A stretch of 64,000 bases of DNA from a virus, in IMG/VR virus record IMGVR_UViG_3300027831_000001, positions 3,952-67,951 of that record; one strand, written 5' to 3'. The position numbers were made by a program, and so were the translations under genes. The notes beneath the pieces were generated by a model. That model did no database searches, was not told the DNA's origin, and worked only from the letters and a program-made list of their open reading frames with translations. The first letter of the stretch is position 1; each line of letters starts with the position of its first letter. This document shows positions 45,094 to 55,355 of this stretch, one piece after another.

Positions 45094-45338
45094 TCGATCC
45101 GCGGGACAGGACCGATGCGCAGTTGAGCGCGGCGATCGATCGGGCCTACGTGTTTCACGTGTACCGCGATATGGATGGGCGGACTCGCCCGGTTGCACGG
45201 GAAGCCGCACCGCTGAAAGCGCACGCAGTGGCACGCGAAGCGCTGCGCAAGTCTCCAGACGCATATCAGATCGCCGTGCGGCCAAACTTGACCCCTCCGA
45301 CTTGGACAGCATGGATCTTGCCCGGGGGCCGCCGATGA
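45090..45338 (+). CDS. Hypothetical protein (MIDPRDRT...)
   Basis: ATGA overlaps at both ends. Confidence 0.6.
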   Translation: MIDPRDRTDAQLSAAIDRAYVFHVYRDMDGRTRPVAREAAPLKAHAVAREALRKSPDAYQIAVRPNLTPPTWTAWILPGGRR

Positions 45339-46621
45339 CGCGCGGCAAGACCACGCCCCGCGGCGAAGCCATCGCGGTACGGACCCGCGTGCTCGCGCAG
45401 TCGCTGGGCCAGGCCCGGGTGGACTACTGGGCGGCCCTGCTCGCGCGCCCGCAACTCGCCGCGCCGATCGTCCACGCCGTGCGGCTGGACGTGGAGACGG
45501 GCGGCTGGGAGCGACGCCTGGGCCGGCTGGTCGCGCACGCCCGGACGCTCGTGCAGACCCGGCGGCGCGGCGACGAGATCCGCTACGCCAAGGCATGCCG
45601 GCGCGCGGCCGAGTGGCTGGCCCAGCAGGACCGCGGGTGCGACGTCGCCAATGGTGTCGCCGATGCGATCGCGCTCTGGGCCGGGCGCCGGCTACCGGGC
45701 GATCACCGGTGGGCGGGCCACCGGCTCTACCCGGCCCGCACCCAGAGCCAGCGGTGGCGCCAATACTGGCACGCCGTGGACCACGGACGACGCGAGCGCG
45801 AGCGGCTGCGCAACGAGATCGTGGTGGTCAACGAAGGCCTGGTGATCACGCTGTGCAACCGGTGGATCCCGTGGGCCGAGGGGCACTTGAGCCGCGAGGA
45901 CATCCAGCAGGCCGGGCGGGAGGGGCTGTTCCGAGCCGCAGACCTGTTCGAGCCAGAGCGCGGCTTCCGGTTCTCCACCTACGCGGGCGGGTGGATCCGC
46001 CATCGGGTGTTCCGGCTCCACCAAGAGGGCCGCTCCGACGTCAGGGCCCCAACGGGCGTCCAGATGGTGGCGCTCGCGATCTCGGATCTGGCCGAACGGG
46101 GCGAGCGCGACCCGGCGACGATCCGCGCCGCTCTCCGCCGGCGTGCAGCCGAGAAGCGCGAGGCCGCGATCCGTCTCGCCCGCACGCCCGCGGCCCAGGC
46201 CAAGCTCCGCGCCGCACGGGTGAAGGAGCCGCCGACCGAGGACGCGATCGCGTCGGCGCTCGAGTACCTGGCGAGCCGCACGATCTCAATGGACGCGCGG
46301 CTAGGACGGAGTGAGGAGGGCCGCCCGCAGACCCTGGCCGACCTGCTGCCCGACACGTCGCCGCTGGCCGACGAGGTGATCGATCTGTGCCGACTCGAGG
46401 AGAGGCTGGCCGCCGTGGACACCGAGCGCGTGACGGCGCGGCTGCTCCAGGCCGTGGCGGGACTCGACCCCCGCGACCGAGACCACGTGCGAGCTCGCTA
46501 CTACCGGGGCCGCACGCTGCACAGCCTGGCGGGCGAGCGCGGGACGTCAGCGCGAGACCTAGAGCGACACGAGCAGGCGATCCTGGATCGGCTCCGCGCC
46601 GACGTGGGGATCACGGCATGA
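45335..46621 (+). CDS. Sigma-70-family RNA polymerase sigma factor
   Basis: Region 2 NEGLV...EDIQQAG.EGL.RAAD.FEPERGFRFSTYA..WIR; region 3 ISMDA..G...TLADLLPD; divergent region 4. Confidence 0.9.
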   Translation: MTRGKTTPRGEAIAVRTRVLAQSLGQARVDYWAALLARPQLAAPIVHAVRLDVETGGWERRLGRLVAHARTLVQTRRRGDEIRYAKACRRAAEWLAQQDRGCDVANGVADAIALWAGRRLPGDHRWAGHRLYPARTQSQRWRQYWHAVDHGRRERERLRNEIVVVNEGLVITLCNRWIPWAEGHLSREDIQQAGREGLFRAADLFEPERGFRFSTYAGGWIRHRVFRLHQEGRSDVRAPTGVQMVALAISDLAERGERDPATIRAALRRRAAEKREAAIRLARTPAAQAKLRAARVKEPPTEDAIASALEYLASRTISMDARLGRSEEGRPQTLADLLPDTSPLADEVIDLCRLEERLAAVDTERVTARLLQAVAGLDPRDRDHVRARYYRGRTLHSLAGERGTSARDLERHEQAILDRLRADVGITA

Positions 46622-46818
46622 GAGGAACGGAGCACATGGGACGACAACGCAAGGGAATCAAGCAGCCGGTCCTGGGACGAATCGAGTACGTCAAGGACAG
46701 CACGATCACGATCAGTTGGCACGGAAGCGCCAAGGACCTGCACCGACTATTGAACGTCATGGAAAACCGGCAAGACGTGGAGATCACGATCGCGCCGGCG
46801 CGAGAGGAGATGACGTGA
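46618..46818 (+). CDS. Hypothetical protein
   Basis: ATGA overlap with the sigma gene. Confidence 0.55.
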   Translation: MRGTEHMGRQRKGIKQPVLGRIEYVKDSTITISWHGSAKDLHRLLNVMENRQDVEITIAPAREEMT

Positions 46819-47834
46819 TGATGACTCAATATCAAGACGGCCGGTTGAAGGCCAAGATCGAAGAGTGGACGCCCAGCGCAGGCCAGCAGATCGCTTTGGG
46901 CCAGTCGCACGGGATGGTCGTGCGGGTGTACGACCATGGCCCCGCCGACGGGCAAGCCCAGGCGCCGCGGATGATCTTCGATTCCGAGCAGCGCCACGCC
47001 ACGGCGGGGATCTTCGGCGACACGGCCGAGGCCGCCGACTACGCGGGCCGGATCGAGATAGCGCTGCTGATCGCCGCGCGATGGCGCGAGACGATCCAGC
47101 ACGAGCGCCGCGAAGCCTGTCCGGCTCGCCAGCGCGAGCACTGGCATCGCCGCGACCTGGCCAAGGCGGAGGCCAGCGAGGCCAACAAGCGGGCCAAGCA
47201 GCACGGCGAGGACGCGGAGCGGTTGGCCAAGGAAGCCGACGATCCCGAGGTGCAGGTGGATGTGCCGCTGAGGGCAGGCGGCTACGCGGTAAAACTCGGC
47301 CCATCGCTGACCGATGGCACGGCCGAGACCGAGGAATGGCGCGTCCTGGTTTCGCACGAGGGCGCACCGATACGGCCGCAGAGCAGGGATCGCCGCCGCC
47401 ACGGGCCGCCTGCCAAGAAGGCAGCGGAGCCCGACGAGCCCAGCACGCTCGTCGACGAGGCACTGGCCGAGACGGCGGCCAAGCGCCCCGGCCGTGATCC
47501 CGCGGCCGACCGCGCGGCGTTTGACGAGCCGGCCGAGCCCAAGAGCAAGGGCCGCAAAGGGCGGAGCAAGGCGCCTGCTCTGCCCGACCATGTGCCGGAT
47601 GCCGCCGGCCTGCCGATCAAGATCGGCAGCAAGGTGGAGCTCGAAGACCACCGAGGCGACGGCTACACGGCCGAAGTGGCGTCGATCGATCGATACGACG
47701 CCAAGATCGGACAGTGGGTGATCACCGTGGAGGACCTGCATAGCGGCGCCCCGGCCGAGGTCCTGTCCAGGGAGTGCCGTCGCCTAGATCCGCCACCCGA
47801 GCCCACGGAGGAGGACCCGGACGACGCGGCTTGA
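46818..47834 (+). CDS. Hypothetical protein
   Basis: TGATG coupling; long open frame. Confidence 0.65.
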   Translation: MMTQYQDGRLKAKIEEWTPSAGQQIALGQSHGMVVRVYDHGPADGQAQAPRMIFDSEQRHATAGIFGDTAEAADYAGRIEIALLIAARWRETIQHERREACPARQREHWHRRDLAKAEASEANKRAKQHGEDAERLAKEADDPEVQVDVPLRAGGYAVKLGPSLTDGTAETEEWRVLVSHEGAPIRPQSRDRRRHGPPAKKAAEPDEPSTLVDEALAETAAKRPGRDPAADRAAFDEPAEPKSKGRKGRSKAPALPDHVPDAAGLPIKIGSKVELEDHRGDGYTAEVASIDRYDAKIGQWVITVEDLHSGAPAEVLSRECRRLDPPPEPTEEDPDDAA

Positions 47835-47865
47835 GTGGCCGGGTCAGCCGTGCTAGCTTGGCGGA

Positions 47866-48201
47866 ATGAGCACGACGAACAAAGTGAAAGCCGTGAGTGA
47901 CAGGCTCCGGCCCGAGATGGTGCATGCGATGAGGGTCGGGTTCGCCAACAGCGGACCGACCAGTAAGGGCTTGGTGGCGCGGCGTCTGGCCTGCCCGGGT
48001 AGCCGGGCCCACGATCTGCGGTTCACCCCGATGGGTCGGCAGTGGGCCTCCATGCTGTGCATGATGGCCCGGGTCCACGCGACGCTGTACGCAGCGCGCG
48101 AGTTGCTCCAAAGCGAGCACTTCGATCGCAAGGCCCAGGCCGACGTGGAATCGGCCCTGGCCGGGTGCATGACCGCGATCCGCCCGGTGGTGTGGCCATG
48201 A
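47866..48201 (+). CDS. Hypothetical protein
   Basis: TTGAGT-17 nt-TAGCTT promoter; ATGAGCAC start. Confidence 0.65.
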   Translation: MSTTNKVKAVSDRLRPEMVHAMRVGFANSGPTSKGLVARRLACPGSRAHDLRFTPMGRQWASMLCMMARVHATLYAARELLQSEHFDRKAQADVESALAGCMTAIRPVVWP

Positions 48202-48716
48202 CGCGCCGAGTCGAGGCACTCGTGGTCCTGCAAGACCACGACGAAGGAGACGAAGACTTCGGTCCTCGCCCAGCGACGCGCGGAGAGTGCCGCGAAGGCG
48301 AGAGACCATGTCCTTGGGTCGCATGCCGCTATCACCTAGCGGTGGAGATCGGCGTTGACGGATCGCTGAGGCAGCGCCGAGATCCCGATCCGATCGAGTC
48401 GTCGACGCTGCCGACATGCGCGCTGGACGTAGCGGCCGAAGGGGAGCACACCCTAGGGGAGATCGGCGCCGTCATGACGCTGGCGCGCGAGCGGGTGCGC
48501 CAGATCGAGCTGTTGGCGACCCGGAAGTTCCGGGCCGCTGCAAAGCGCATGGGCTTCGACCTGGTGGCTTTGCTACCGCCGGAGCTACCGGCAGGCCACG
48601 CATGGGCGGCCGCTGGTGATGAGTGGATCAGGGGCGAGGCGACCCCGGCCCACATGAAGCGCTACCAGGCTAAGCGCTACCAGGCCAAACGGGCGCGCAA
48701 GGCAGGTGCCGCTTGA
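48198..48716 (+). CDS. Stand-alone sigma-70 region-4 protein with an N-terminal Cys/His motif
   Basis: C....RPCPWVACRYHL, TCALD and HTLGEIG.VM.LARERVRQIE..A.RK. Confidence 0.85.
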   Translation: MTRRVEALVVLQDHDEGDEDFGPRPATRGECREGERPCPWVACRYHLAVEIGVDGSLRQRRDPDPIESSTLPTCALDVAAEGEHTLGEIGAVMTLARERVRQIELLATRKFRAAAKRMGFDLVALLPPELPAGHAWAAAGDEWIRGEATPAHMKRYQAKRYQAKRARKAGAA

Positions 48717-48973
48717 CCTGGACCGCAGCCCCACCACGCTGGCGACTCGCTCCTGTGCCCCGCCCGCCCGCGTGGATAGGCGACACGCCGGGCGAGCGCG
48801 TGGCGTCGATCGTGGCCGACGATCGACGGTGGGCCGCGGCCCTGCGGTGGACCCGGCGCAATCGGGCCCTGTACGTGGCGACCCAACAGATCGCCAAGGG
48901 CCTGCACGTCGTGGTCATGCGCGGCACGGCCCGTGCTCGGTTCCGGTTCGTGGAGCCGGCGCGGTGGTGCTAG
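48713..48973 (+). CDS. Hypothetical protein
   Basis: TTGA overlap. Confidence 0.5.
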   Translation: MTWTAAPPRWRLAPVPRPPAWIGDTPGERVASIVADDRRWAAALRWTRRNRALYVATQQIAKGLHVVVMRGTARARFRFVEPARWC

Positions 48974-49482
48974 GGCGGCGGCCCAGCACGTGCCCCCAGG
49001 GCCACGCGGTGCGGCGCAATGGCAAGCGCTGGTGGTGCTGGGTCTGCGATCGCGAAGTGGAGCCGCGCGCCCACCCGACGGCCAAGCTTGCCCGCCGCCG
49101 GGTCAAGCCGCTGGGCAGCGCGGAGAAGAGGGCCCGGACGCGCGCGCGGGCGTTCGGCGAGTCGGAGCGCATGGCATGGCTCCACTCGCTCCCATGCGTG
49201 GCCGCCGGGCGACCGGGTCACGTATGCGGCCCGTGGGACATGGAGCGCGGCGGGCCGCACATTCAGGCCGTACACGTGCGAGCGCGCGGGGCCGGTGGCA
49301 CGGCGGATGATGTCGTGCCGGGCTGCTGGGTCCTGCACGAGCAGGCGGGCGAGCGCGGCACGGAGCAGCGCCGACGGTGCGAGGCCGAGCTGGGCCTGGA
49401 TCTCGAGGCCGAAGCGGCGAGGCTTGCCCAGGAGTGGCGCGACTTGTGCCAGGCCGGCGAGTGTGCTAGCGTGGCGGAATGA
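48967..49482 (+). CDS. HNH-like (DUF968/Ref-type) nuclease with an N-terminal Zn ribbon
   Basis: WLHSLPCVA.G...AVHVRARGAGG..DDVVPGC..LH. Confidence 0.6.
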   Translation: MLGRRPSTCPQGHAVRRNGKRWWCWVCDREVEPRAHPTAKLARRRVKPLGSAEKRARTRARAFGESERMAWLHSLPCVAAGRPGHVCGPWDMERGGPHIQAVHVRARGAGGTADDVVPGCWVLHEQAGERGTEQRRRCEAELGLDLEAEAARLAQEWRDLCQAGECASVAE

Positions 49483-52400
49483 GCACGAAAGTTCTATTCC
49501 AACACGCGGACGGCCAGAGCGCCATGATGCTCGTCCAAGAAGGCGACGGCCTGATGATCGAGATCGCGAGCGGCCACCGGATCCTGAGCGTCGCGCTGCC
49601 GGAGGAGCGAAGACGGGAAGTCGCGGCGATCCTGGATCCAGCGCCCGACAGGGGAGTCGAAGATCACGGCATCAAGTGGGAGCCGGCCAGCATGGAGACT
49701 GACGGGTTCGGAGTGGCGCGCGTGACACACTGGCGCACCAAGCCCGACATTGACAAGTCAGACGATCGAGAAGACAGGACGAAGCCCGCGCCCAAGACCT
49801 ACCTATGGCGGCCCGCGGGCGGGGCCTGGTCCTGGGGGATCTGGGTAGGAGGGCGTGGGCTTCCGGTGGGTGTACGGTGCGCGACTGAGGCCGAAGCGCT
49901 TGCCATCACTTGGCAGCACCACGACGAGCAGGTGGCCGACGTGAAGCGCCACGCCGCATGGCTCGCGGACCTGCACCGCGCGGCCGAGCGGGACATCGAC
50001 CGACTGGCCGCCGCTCGTGAGCAGACCGCGGCAGCCGAGCAGGTGGTCGCCACCCTCCAGGCCACGCTCCGCCGAGAGAGGGAGTCGCGAGCCGACGCCC
50101 GAGCCGATGGGGCCGCAGCGCTCGCGCTGGAGATCGACCAAGCCGTGGCCACCCACGCCCCCGACGCCTTCCATGGCGACACCTGGACCACGGTATCGCG
50201 CGTGGAAGCGCTGGCCCAGTGGTGGCACGAGAGCGCCGACGTGCGCGACGAATGGAACGGGTCGCTGGAGGAGCTACGCGCCGCCGCCCGAGCTGAGGAG
50301 CGGGCGGCCGTCGAGCGCGAGCTCGAGTCGGGCCTGCGCGCGCTCGGTCTGCGCCCCCACGGCACCGAGCTCCTCGACCTGGTGCGCACCGTGGCCGAGG
50401 CGCTCGAGGAGCGGCGAGCCGAGGGGCGCCGCGACGTGCTGAAGCGGCTGTTCGTCCACCGGGCCCCAGTCGACTACGTGGCCGACGACGAGACCCATGC
50501 GCTCGTGTACGCCACATACCCGACGTGGGCCGCGGCGGTTGACGCCCGCGATGCCATCGTCGCCCCGGCCTCCCCCAAGGCGGCACCGCCCGCCTCCCAC
50601 GCCGTCCAGCCCGATGTGTGCGCCGCGGAAGCCAAGCGGCAGGTTGCCCGTTTTCATGCGTGGGCCAATGATGTCGCCGACATCCTGGATCGACCGCCCC
50701 GCACCACGGATCCGCTCGAGGACATCAAGACCGAGGTGGTGCGCCTCAAGATCAGCATCGCCGACGCCCGAGCCGAGGGGGTGGAGCAGGGGCGCGCGCA
50801 GGCGCTGTCCGAGACGATGGCCGCGCTCGCCTCGCTACGTTGGGTGCAGGAGTGGTGCCGCGGTCTGCTGGCGTCCGACGACTGGGCCCGCCGAGCGCTC
50901 GACAAGCTCGACGACGTGGAGCGCCGACTCGTGGCCTCGCCACCGGTGAAGGGAGAGTGGCAGCCCGAACACGGGCCCGACCAGCGCGGCCCCGACTACT
51001 ACGCCGCGCGAGCGTGCGCGGAGAGCCGCGGCGAGCTCGTGGAAGAACACGAGCTCGGGCAGGTCACCCGCTACCGGTGCAGCTGCGCTGACTGCCCCGG
51101 GCTGCCTTGGGCGCCGTCCAGCAAGCAGCCGCACCCGTGCGGGAAGACCCCGGCGGCCCCTCTCCAGGGAGGGACGGACGCCGACCTGAGCGATGAGGCT
51201 TGTCCGTGCTGCGAAGAAGAGGTTGATGACCGGAAGAACTTCTGCCCAGACTGCGACCTGGACGTCTGCGACGAATGCTTCGACGGGCAGCGTTGCGGCG
51301 CATGTGCCTCATCAGTGGCCGCGCCCGTCGCCACTCCCACGGCTCCCAAGGAGCCCGAGCGGTACGTCACCGGGGCCGAGCTCGAGCGCGACATGGCGAA
51401 CGCCGACGCCATCGGAGACGCGGCGCGAAGCTACGCCGAGGCCTACGACACCGCTGGTGGCGACGATTTCGACCCGCGAGCCCACGCCGCCTTCTCGCGC
51501 CTACTCGACGCAGCTCGGCGGTGGATGACCGCGGATCCCAAGGGGCCCGAGCCCGACGAAAAGCACGTGGCGCACACGCCCACGGGCAGGTACTGCAAAG
51601 CCTGCTACTCGCCGCTGTACGGGCCCGACGACATGCCGACCGACCTCGCCATCAAGTTGCGGTGGGCAACCGCGCTGGGCATGGCGACCCAAGGGCTCCG
51701 GGCGGGGCACGAGTCCGGCGAGATGCGGAGCTACCCCACGTCGACCGAGCGGTGGGGGCTCCCGCTCCCCTTCACGTGGGCGGTCGAGGATGGCCGCTGG
51801 TGCGTGAAGCGTCCCCACCCGCACGCGCCATGGCCCGTAGACGTGGGAGCCATCATCGACCGTCGCAACGCAGAGGACCCGGCCCCAAGCGCTCCCCAGG
51901 GAGAGCCGGACGCCGGGAGACTGCGCGCGCTCACCAATGCCGCGGAGGCGTACGGGCAGGCTCGACACTACGGCGCGCCGACGGAACACGCCGAAGCGCT
52001 TCTCGTCGAAGCCTCCCGAGCCTTCGCCACCCCCACGGCTCCCCAGGAGCCCGAGCCCGAGACCCCCGACGAGCGCGAGGCGGCCATCGTACGACGGCTG
52101 GCCGGCGAGTGGGGGGAGATCGAGGTGGGGCCCACCGAGTCGATCGACGACGTGGTGAGCCACATCCACGGCGCAGGGACGGTCATCATGCGCATGGTGA
52201 ACGAGGTTGGCGACTGGCGTGACTGGGCTCTTCGCCTCGCCGGCCGCAAGATGTCAGACTGGCGCAGCGACAAGGCGACGCGCGAGGCCGTGGAGAAGCT
52301 GCTGGCCGCCGCTGTGAAGCGCGGCCGCACCCCCGAGGACGTCGAGCGCGACTATGCAGCAGGCCCCGAGGATTTCGGCGGCGAGGACTACTCGGCCGAG

Positions 52401-52715
52401 GCGCCCGACGAGACTACCCGCCCCGCCCCGCTCGCGGCCGTGCCCAGGGTGGGCGCCCCTCCCGAGCCGTGGACCGTGGTCGAAGGCGGCGGGCTCGGTC
52501 GTGATGACCTGCGGCTCATCTCGCGCCCGTGGCACTCGGGCACCATGTACGCCGGAGTCTCGTACAAGGGCTGGCTGACGTGCTTCGTGGACGACGCGAG
52601 CATGCCCACAGCGATGCCCCCCGAGGCCGCGGCGTGGCTGCTCGCCAAGACCAGCGGACGCGACCCACGTGAACCGGTGCGCCCCATGAGCGACGAGCCC
52701 GGGGGTGCCCCGTGA
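49479..52715 (+). CDS. Large (1078 aa) mosaic non-structural protein
   Basis: Class B promoter; coiled coils, Zn fingers and repeated Pro-rich linkers. Confidence 0.8.
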   Translation: MSTKVLFQHADGQSAMMLVQEGDGLMIEIASGHRILSVALPEERRREVAAILDPAPDRGVEDHGIKWEPASMETDGFGVARVTHWRTKPDIDKSDDREDRTKPAPKTYLWRPAGGAWSWGIWVGGRGLPVGVRCATEAEALAITWQHHDEQVADVKRHAAWLADLHRAAERDIDRLAAAREQTAAAEQVVATLQATLRRERESRADARADGAAALALEIDQAVATHAPDAFHGDTWTTVSRVEALAQWWHESADVRDEWNGSLEELRAAARAEERAAVERELESGLRALGLRPHGTELLDLVRTVAEALEERRAEGRRDVLKRLFVHRAPVDYVADDETHALVYATYPTWAAAVDARDAIVAPASPKAAPPASHAVQPDVCAAEAKRQVARFHAWANDVADILDRPPRTTDPLEDIKTEVVRLKISIADARAEGVEQGRAQALSETMAALASLRWVQEWCRGLLASDDWARRALDKLDDVERRLVASPPVKGEWQPEHGPDQRGPDYYAARACAESRGELVEEHELGQVTRYRCSCADCPGLPWAPSSKQPHPCGKTPAAPLQGGTDADLSDEACPCCEEEVDDRKNFCPDCDLDVCDECFDGQRCGACASSVAAPVATPTAPKEPERYVTGAELERDMANADAIGDAARSYAEAYDTAGGDDFDPRAHAAFSRLLDAARRWMTADPKGPEPDEKHVAHTPTGRYCKACYSPLYGPDDMPTDLAIKLRWATALGMATQGLRAGHESGEMRSYPTSTERWGLPLPFTWAVEDGRWCVKRPHPHAPWPVDVGAIIDRRNAEDPAPSAPQGEPDAGRLRALTNAAEAYGQARHYGAPTEHAEALLVEASRAFATPTAPQEPEPETPDEREAAIVRRLAGEWGEIEVGPTESIDDVVSHIHGAGTVIMRMVNEVGDWRDWALRLAGRKMSDWRSDKATREAVEKLLAAAVKRGRTPEDVERDYAAGPEDFGGEDYSAEAPDETTRPAPLAAVPRVGAPPEPWTVVEGGGLGRDDLRLISRPWHSGTMYAGVSYKGWLTCFVDDASMPTAMPPEAAAWLLAKTSGRDPREPVRPMSDEPGGAP

Positions 52716-53212
52716 GCGTCGAAGAGTTCGCCGAGAGCATCGGCCGGGCCCGAGCCGCGCTTCCGGGCGGCACCCGCACTCTCGCCGGTGCCTGCCGCTT
52801 CTACGCGCCCACGGCCGCGGTGGAGATCGTGGGGGGCCGCGTGCAGGTGACCGCGAGCCGCGGCGTGCTCACGCTGCGCCGCGAGAGCACGGCCGCCCCG
52901 TGGACGATGAGGGTCGCGCTCGACGGCGTGGCGTGGCCCGACGACGGCGACGCCCCGACCGACGAGCCCTCGCTCGTGGCCGCCCTTGCTGCGGTCACCG
53001 GATGCCCGAGCAGCGCTCTCGAAAGCACTGCCGCGAGCCTGCGGTGGCTGGGCTCGCTCGGCGCAGACGTGGGCGACGAGCCGGAGCCACACGAAACCGA
53101 CATGTGTTGCGTCTGCGATGGCGAAGGCGACGTCACAGAAGGCCACACGACGTGGACGTGCACCGGCTGCGGAGGCTGCGGCTACAAAAGCGCGGCACCC
53201 CTGCGCCGGTAG
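52712..53212 (+). CDS. Protein with a C-terminal DnaJ-type Zn finger
   Basis: CVCDGEG and CTGCGGCG; GTGA overlap. Confidence 0.65.
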   Translation: MSVEEFAESIGRARAALPGGTRTLAGACRFYAPTAAVEIVGGRVQVTASRGVLTLRRESTAAPWTMRVALDGVAWPDDGDAPTDEPSLVAALAAVTGCPSSALESTAASLRWLGSLGADVGDEPEPHETDMCCVCDGEGDVTEGHTTWTCTGCGGCGYKSAAPLRR

Positions 53213-53221
53213 GCTCCAGGC

Positions 53222-53656
53222 ATGCCCTGGATGCTCGCCCGGCTGACCGATGATCTGACCGCCGACGGGGCCTGGCACGGCCTCGATCGCTACGACTCCG
53301 CGGCACCCGATAGCCAGGGCGCGGGGTCGATCTTCTTTCCCGTAGGGGGCCAGGGGGCCCTGGTGACCCGCGACCAGGAGGTCCTGATCCGGGTCGTGTG
53401 GTGCACGGCCACCGGCGGTTTCGTCAGCGGGGCCGGGACGTCCTGCACGGTGGAGCCGGTGACGATCGATCGCTTGCCCCACCCGATCAGCGGCTCGGTC
53501 CAGGAGCGGCTCAGCGTGGGCGAGGCACGAGAGAACGCGGCTTGGCAGCCCCTGTTCTTGTCCGTCGGTCCCTCGGCGCTGGCCAGCGTGCGGCTCAGCG
53601 ACATGGTCTACGCCAGCGCGGCCCGGGTCGCGGTCTACTACTGGACGGCGGCATGA
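53222..53656 (+). CDS. Putative virion protein
   Basis: Class A promoter; beta-rich. Confidence 0.6.
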   Translation: MPWMLARLTDDLTADGAWHGLDRYDSAAPDSQGAGSIFFPVGGQGALVTRDQEVLIRVVWCTATGGFVSGAGTSCTVEPVTIDRLPHPISGSVQERLSVGEARENAAWQPLFLSVGPSALASVRLSDMVYASAARVAVYYWTAA

Positions 53657-55323
53657 CATTGCGCGCGGCAGGGTGGAGCGCGGCCCGAGCTCGGGCCAGT
53701 GGGGCCGCGGCGGCCAGCATCACGGCCGCCGGCGAGGGCGTGGCCGCGTCAGGTGTCCGCACCCTTTTGGCGCTCGCGCCTGCGTCCACGCTCGCCGCGG
53801 GGACCGACGTGCCCTCCTACTGGGCCGCGCGCTCGGGTCGGGCGCTCTCCACCTACTGGGGTGCCTACGCGCCCCTGGGGGCCACTGCTTACCTCTGGTG
53901 GGCACATGAGGGCAGCACCGACCCCGGCGCTTGGGTGGCCGCGCTCGCGGGCCTTACGGGGCACGAGGTCACCCTTGCCGCCGGCAACCGCACGGCGGAG
54001 CAGGTCGCCACCGAGACGGCCGCGGTCGTGGCCGGAATCACGGGCTGGAGCGCGACTCAGTCGGTTGGCGATCTCACCATCACTGGCCCCGCCGCCGTGA
54101 CGGTTGGCCCGGGTTGGGATGCTGGCGCCGCGGGGTCAATGGTCGGCATGCGCTCGATCACCGTCGCGGACCCGCCGACCGAAGGCCCGATAACGACCGT
54201 GCTGGCCCAGCACTTGCCGAATCCCGGAATCGCACGACCGATCATCGCCGTGGACGTGTTCATCGGCACGACGGCCAACGCGGCCGACCGCTGGCGCGTG
54301 GCCCTCTGGACCGCCGTTGGCGGCACTGACACGCCGGTAGGTGAGACGCTGCTGGTCGATCTGGGCCAGGTGCCAGCGTCGCAGATCGTCTCGCGCTCGT
54401 GGGCTCGGATCCCGATGCCGCCCGGCCAGGTGGTCACCGCGGACCAGGACATGTGGTGCAGCCTCAAGTCGGGGCTGGGCCTCACGGACGTTGGCGGCCG
54501 ACTCACGGGCGACCCGTTGATCGGCGACTGGACGGCCCAGAGCCTGGAGCAGGACTCCGGAACCCAGGACATCGACCCGGACGCCACGGTGGCCTGGCCC
54601 GCGACGTGGCCGGGTGACACCGGCCCGCAAAACCCCTTCGTGTGCGGCGTCCGACTGGTGATCGCTCGAACGGTGCACGACGGCTCCCACCACTCGGAGG
54701 CCGACCCCGCGATCTTCGGTACCCACGTGGCCGTCGGAGCACTCGCGAGCACGACCGACCTCGACTCCCACCTGCTCATGGTGGCCCCCTCGCCCGCGTT
54801 CCTCGGCATGATCATCGGCGGCGAGGGCTGGGCCGTCGGAGCCACGCGCGGGACTCAGCCGCGCCTCGGGGTGATGATCGGTGGCAGCGCGGTGGAGCCT
54901 GTAGATCCCGACGGCGCGACGCTCCTGGTGGACGGTGGGCAGCTCGTCGGGAGCAGCACGACCGCGTGGGAAGATCGGACTCATGCTCCCGTCGCGTGGG
55001 CGGCCAACGCCGCGACCACGTGGATCGCGAAGTGCGACGACGCCACGGCGGGTACCAACATCGCTTTTGCTCAGACGCCCGACCAGGTGGCCGCAAGCCC
55101 GGCGGACACGCCCGCGGACTGGCTCCCCGCCGTGAATGGAGGCATGCCGTTCGGCTCGGAATACGAGGTCTTCCCCGCCGACTCGGCGGTTTATAACGAC
55201 ACAGATCCGACGACGGCTTTTCAGTCGCCTTTTGTGGCCGATCCAGACGACGCGCGCCCGACCAATATCCCGGGGGCGCGCATCCTGTGGTGGATCCCGG
55301 GCATCACGGCGACGCCGCTCTAG
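53653..55323 (+). CDS. Putative virion appendage / receptor-binding protein
   Basis: A/G/T/W-rich with two similar beta modules; coupled to a late-class gene. Confidence 0.6.
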   Translation: MTLRAAGWSAARARASGAAAASITAAGEGVAASGVRTLLALAPASTLAAGTDVPSYWAARSGRALSTYWGAYAPLGATAYLWWAHEGSTDPGAWVAALAGLTGHEVTLAAGNRTAEQVATETAAVVAGITGWSATQSVGDLTITGPAAVTVGPGWDAGAAGSMVGMRSITVADPPTEGPITTVLAQHLPNPGIARPIIAVDVFIGTTANAADRWRVALWTAVGGTDTPVGETLLVDLGQVPASQIVSRSWARIPMPPGQVVTADQDMWCSLKSGLGLTDVGGRLTGDPLIGDWTAQSLEQDSGTQDIDPDATVAWPATWPGDTGPQNPFVCGVRLVIARTVHDGSHHSEADPAIFGTHVAVGALASTTDLDSHLLMVAPSPAFLGMIIGGEGWAVGATRGTQPRLGVMIGGSAVEPVDPDGATLLVDGGQLVGSSTTAWEDRTHAPVAWAANAATTWIAKCDDATAGTNIAFAQTPDQVAASPADTPADWLPAVNGGMPFGSEYEVFPADSAVYNDTDPTTAFQSPFVADPDDARPTNIPGARILWWIPGITATPL

Positions 55324-55349
55324 CCGTCTCGGGCGAGCCGTGCTAGCGT
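55321..55349 (+). promoter_or_regulatory. Class B promoter with no start codon at the usual position
   Basis: TAGCCG-17 nt (ending GTGC)-TAGCGT. Confidence 0.65.
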
Positions 55350-55355
55350 GGCATC

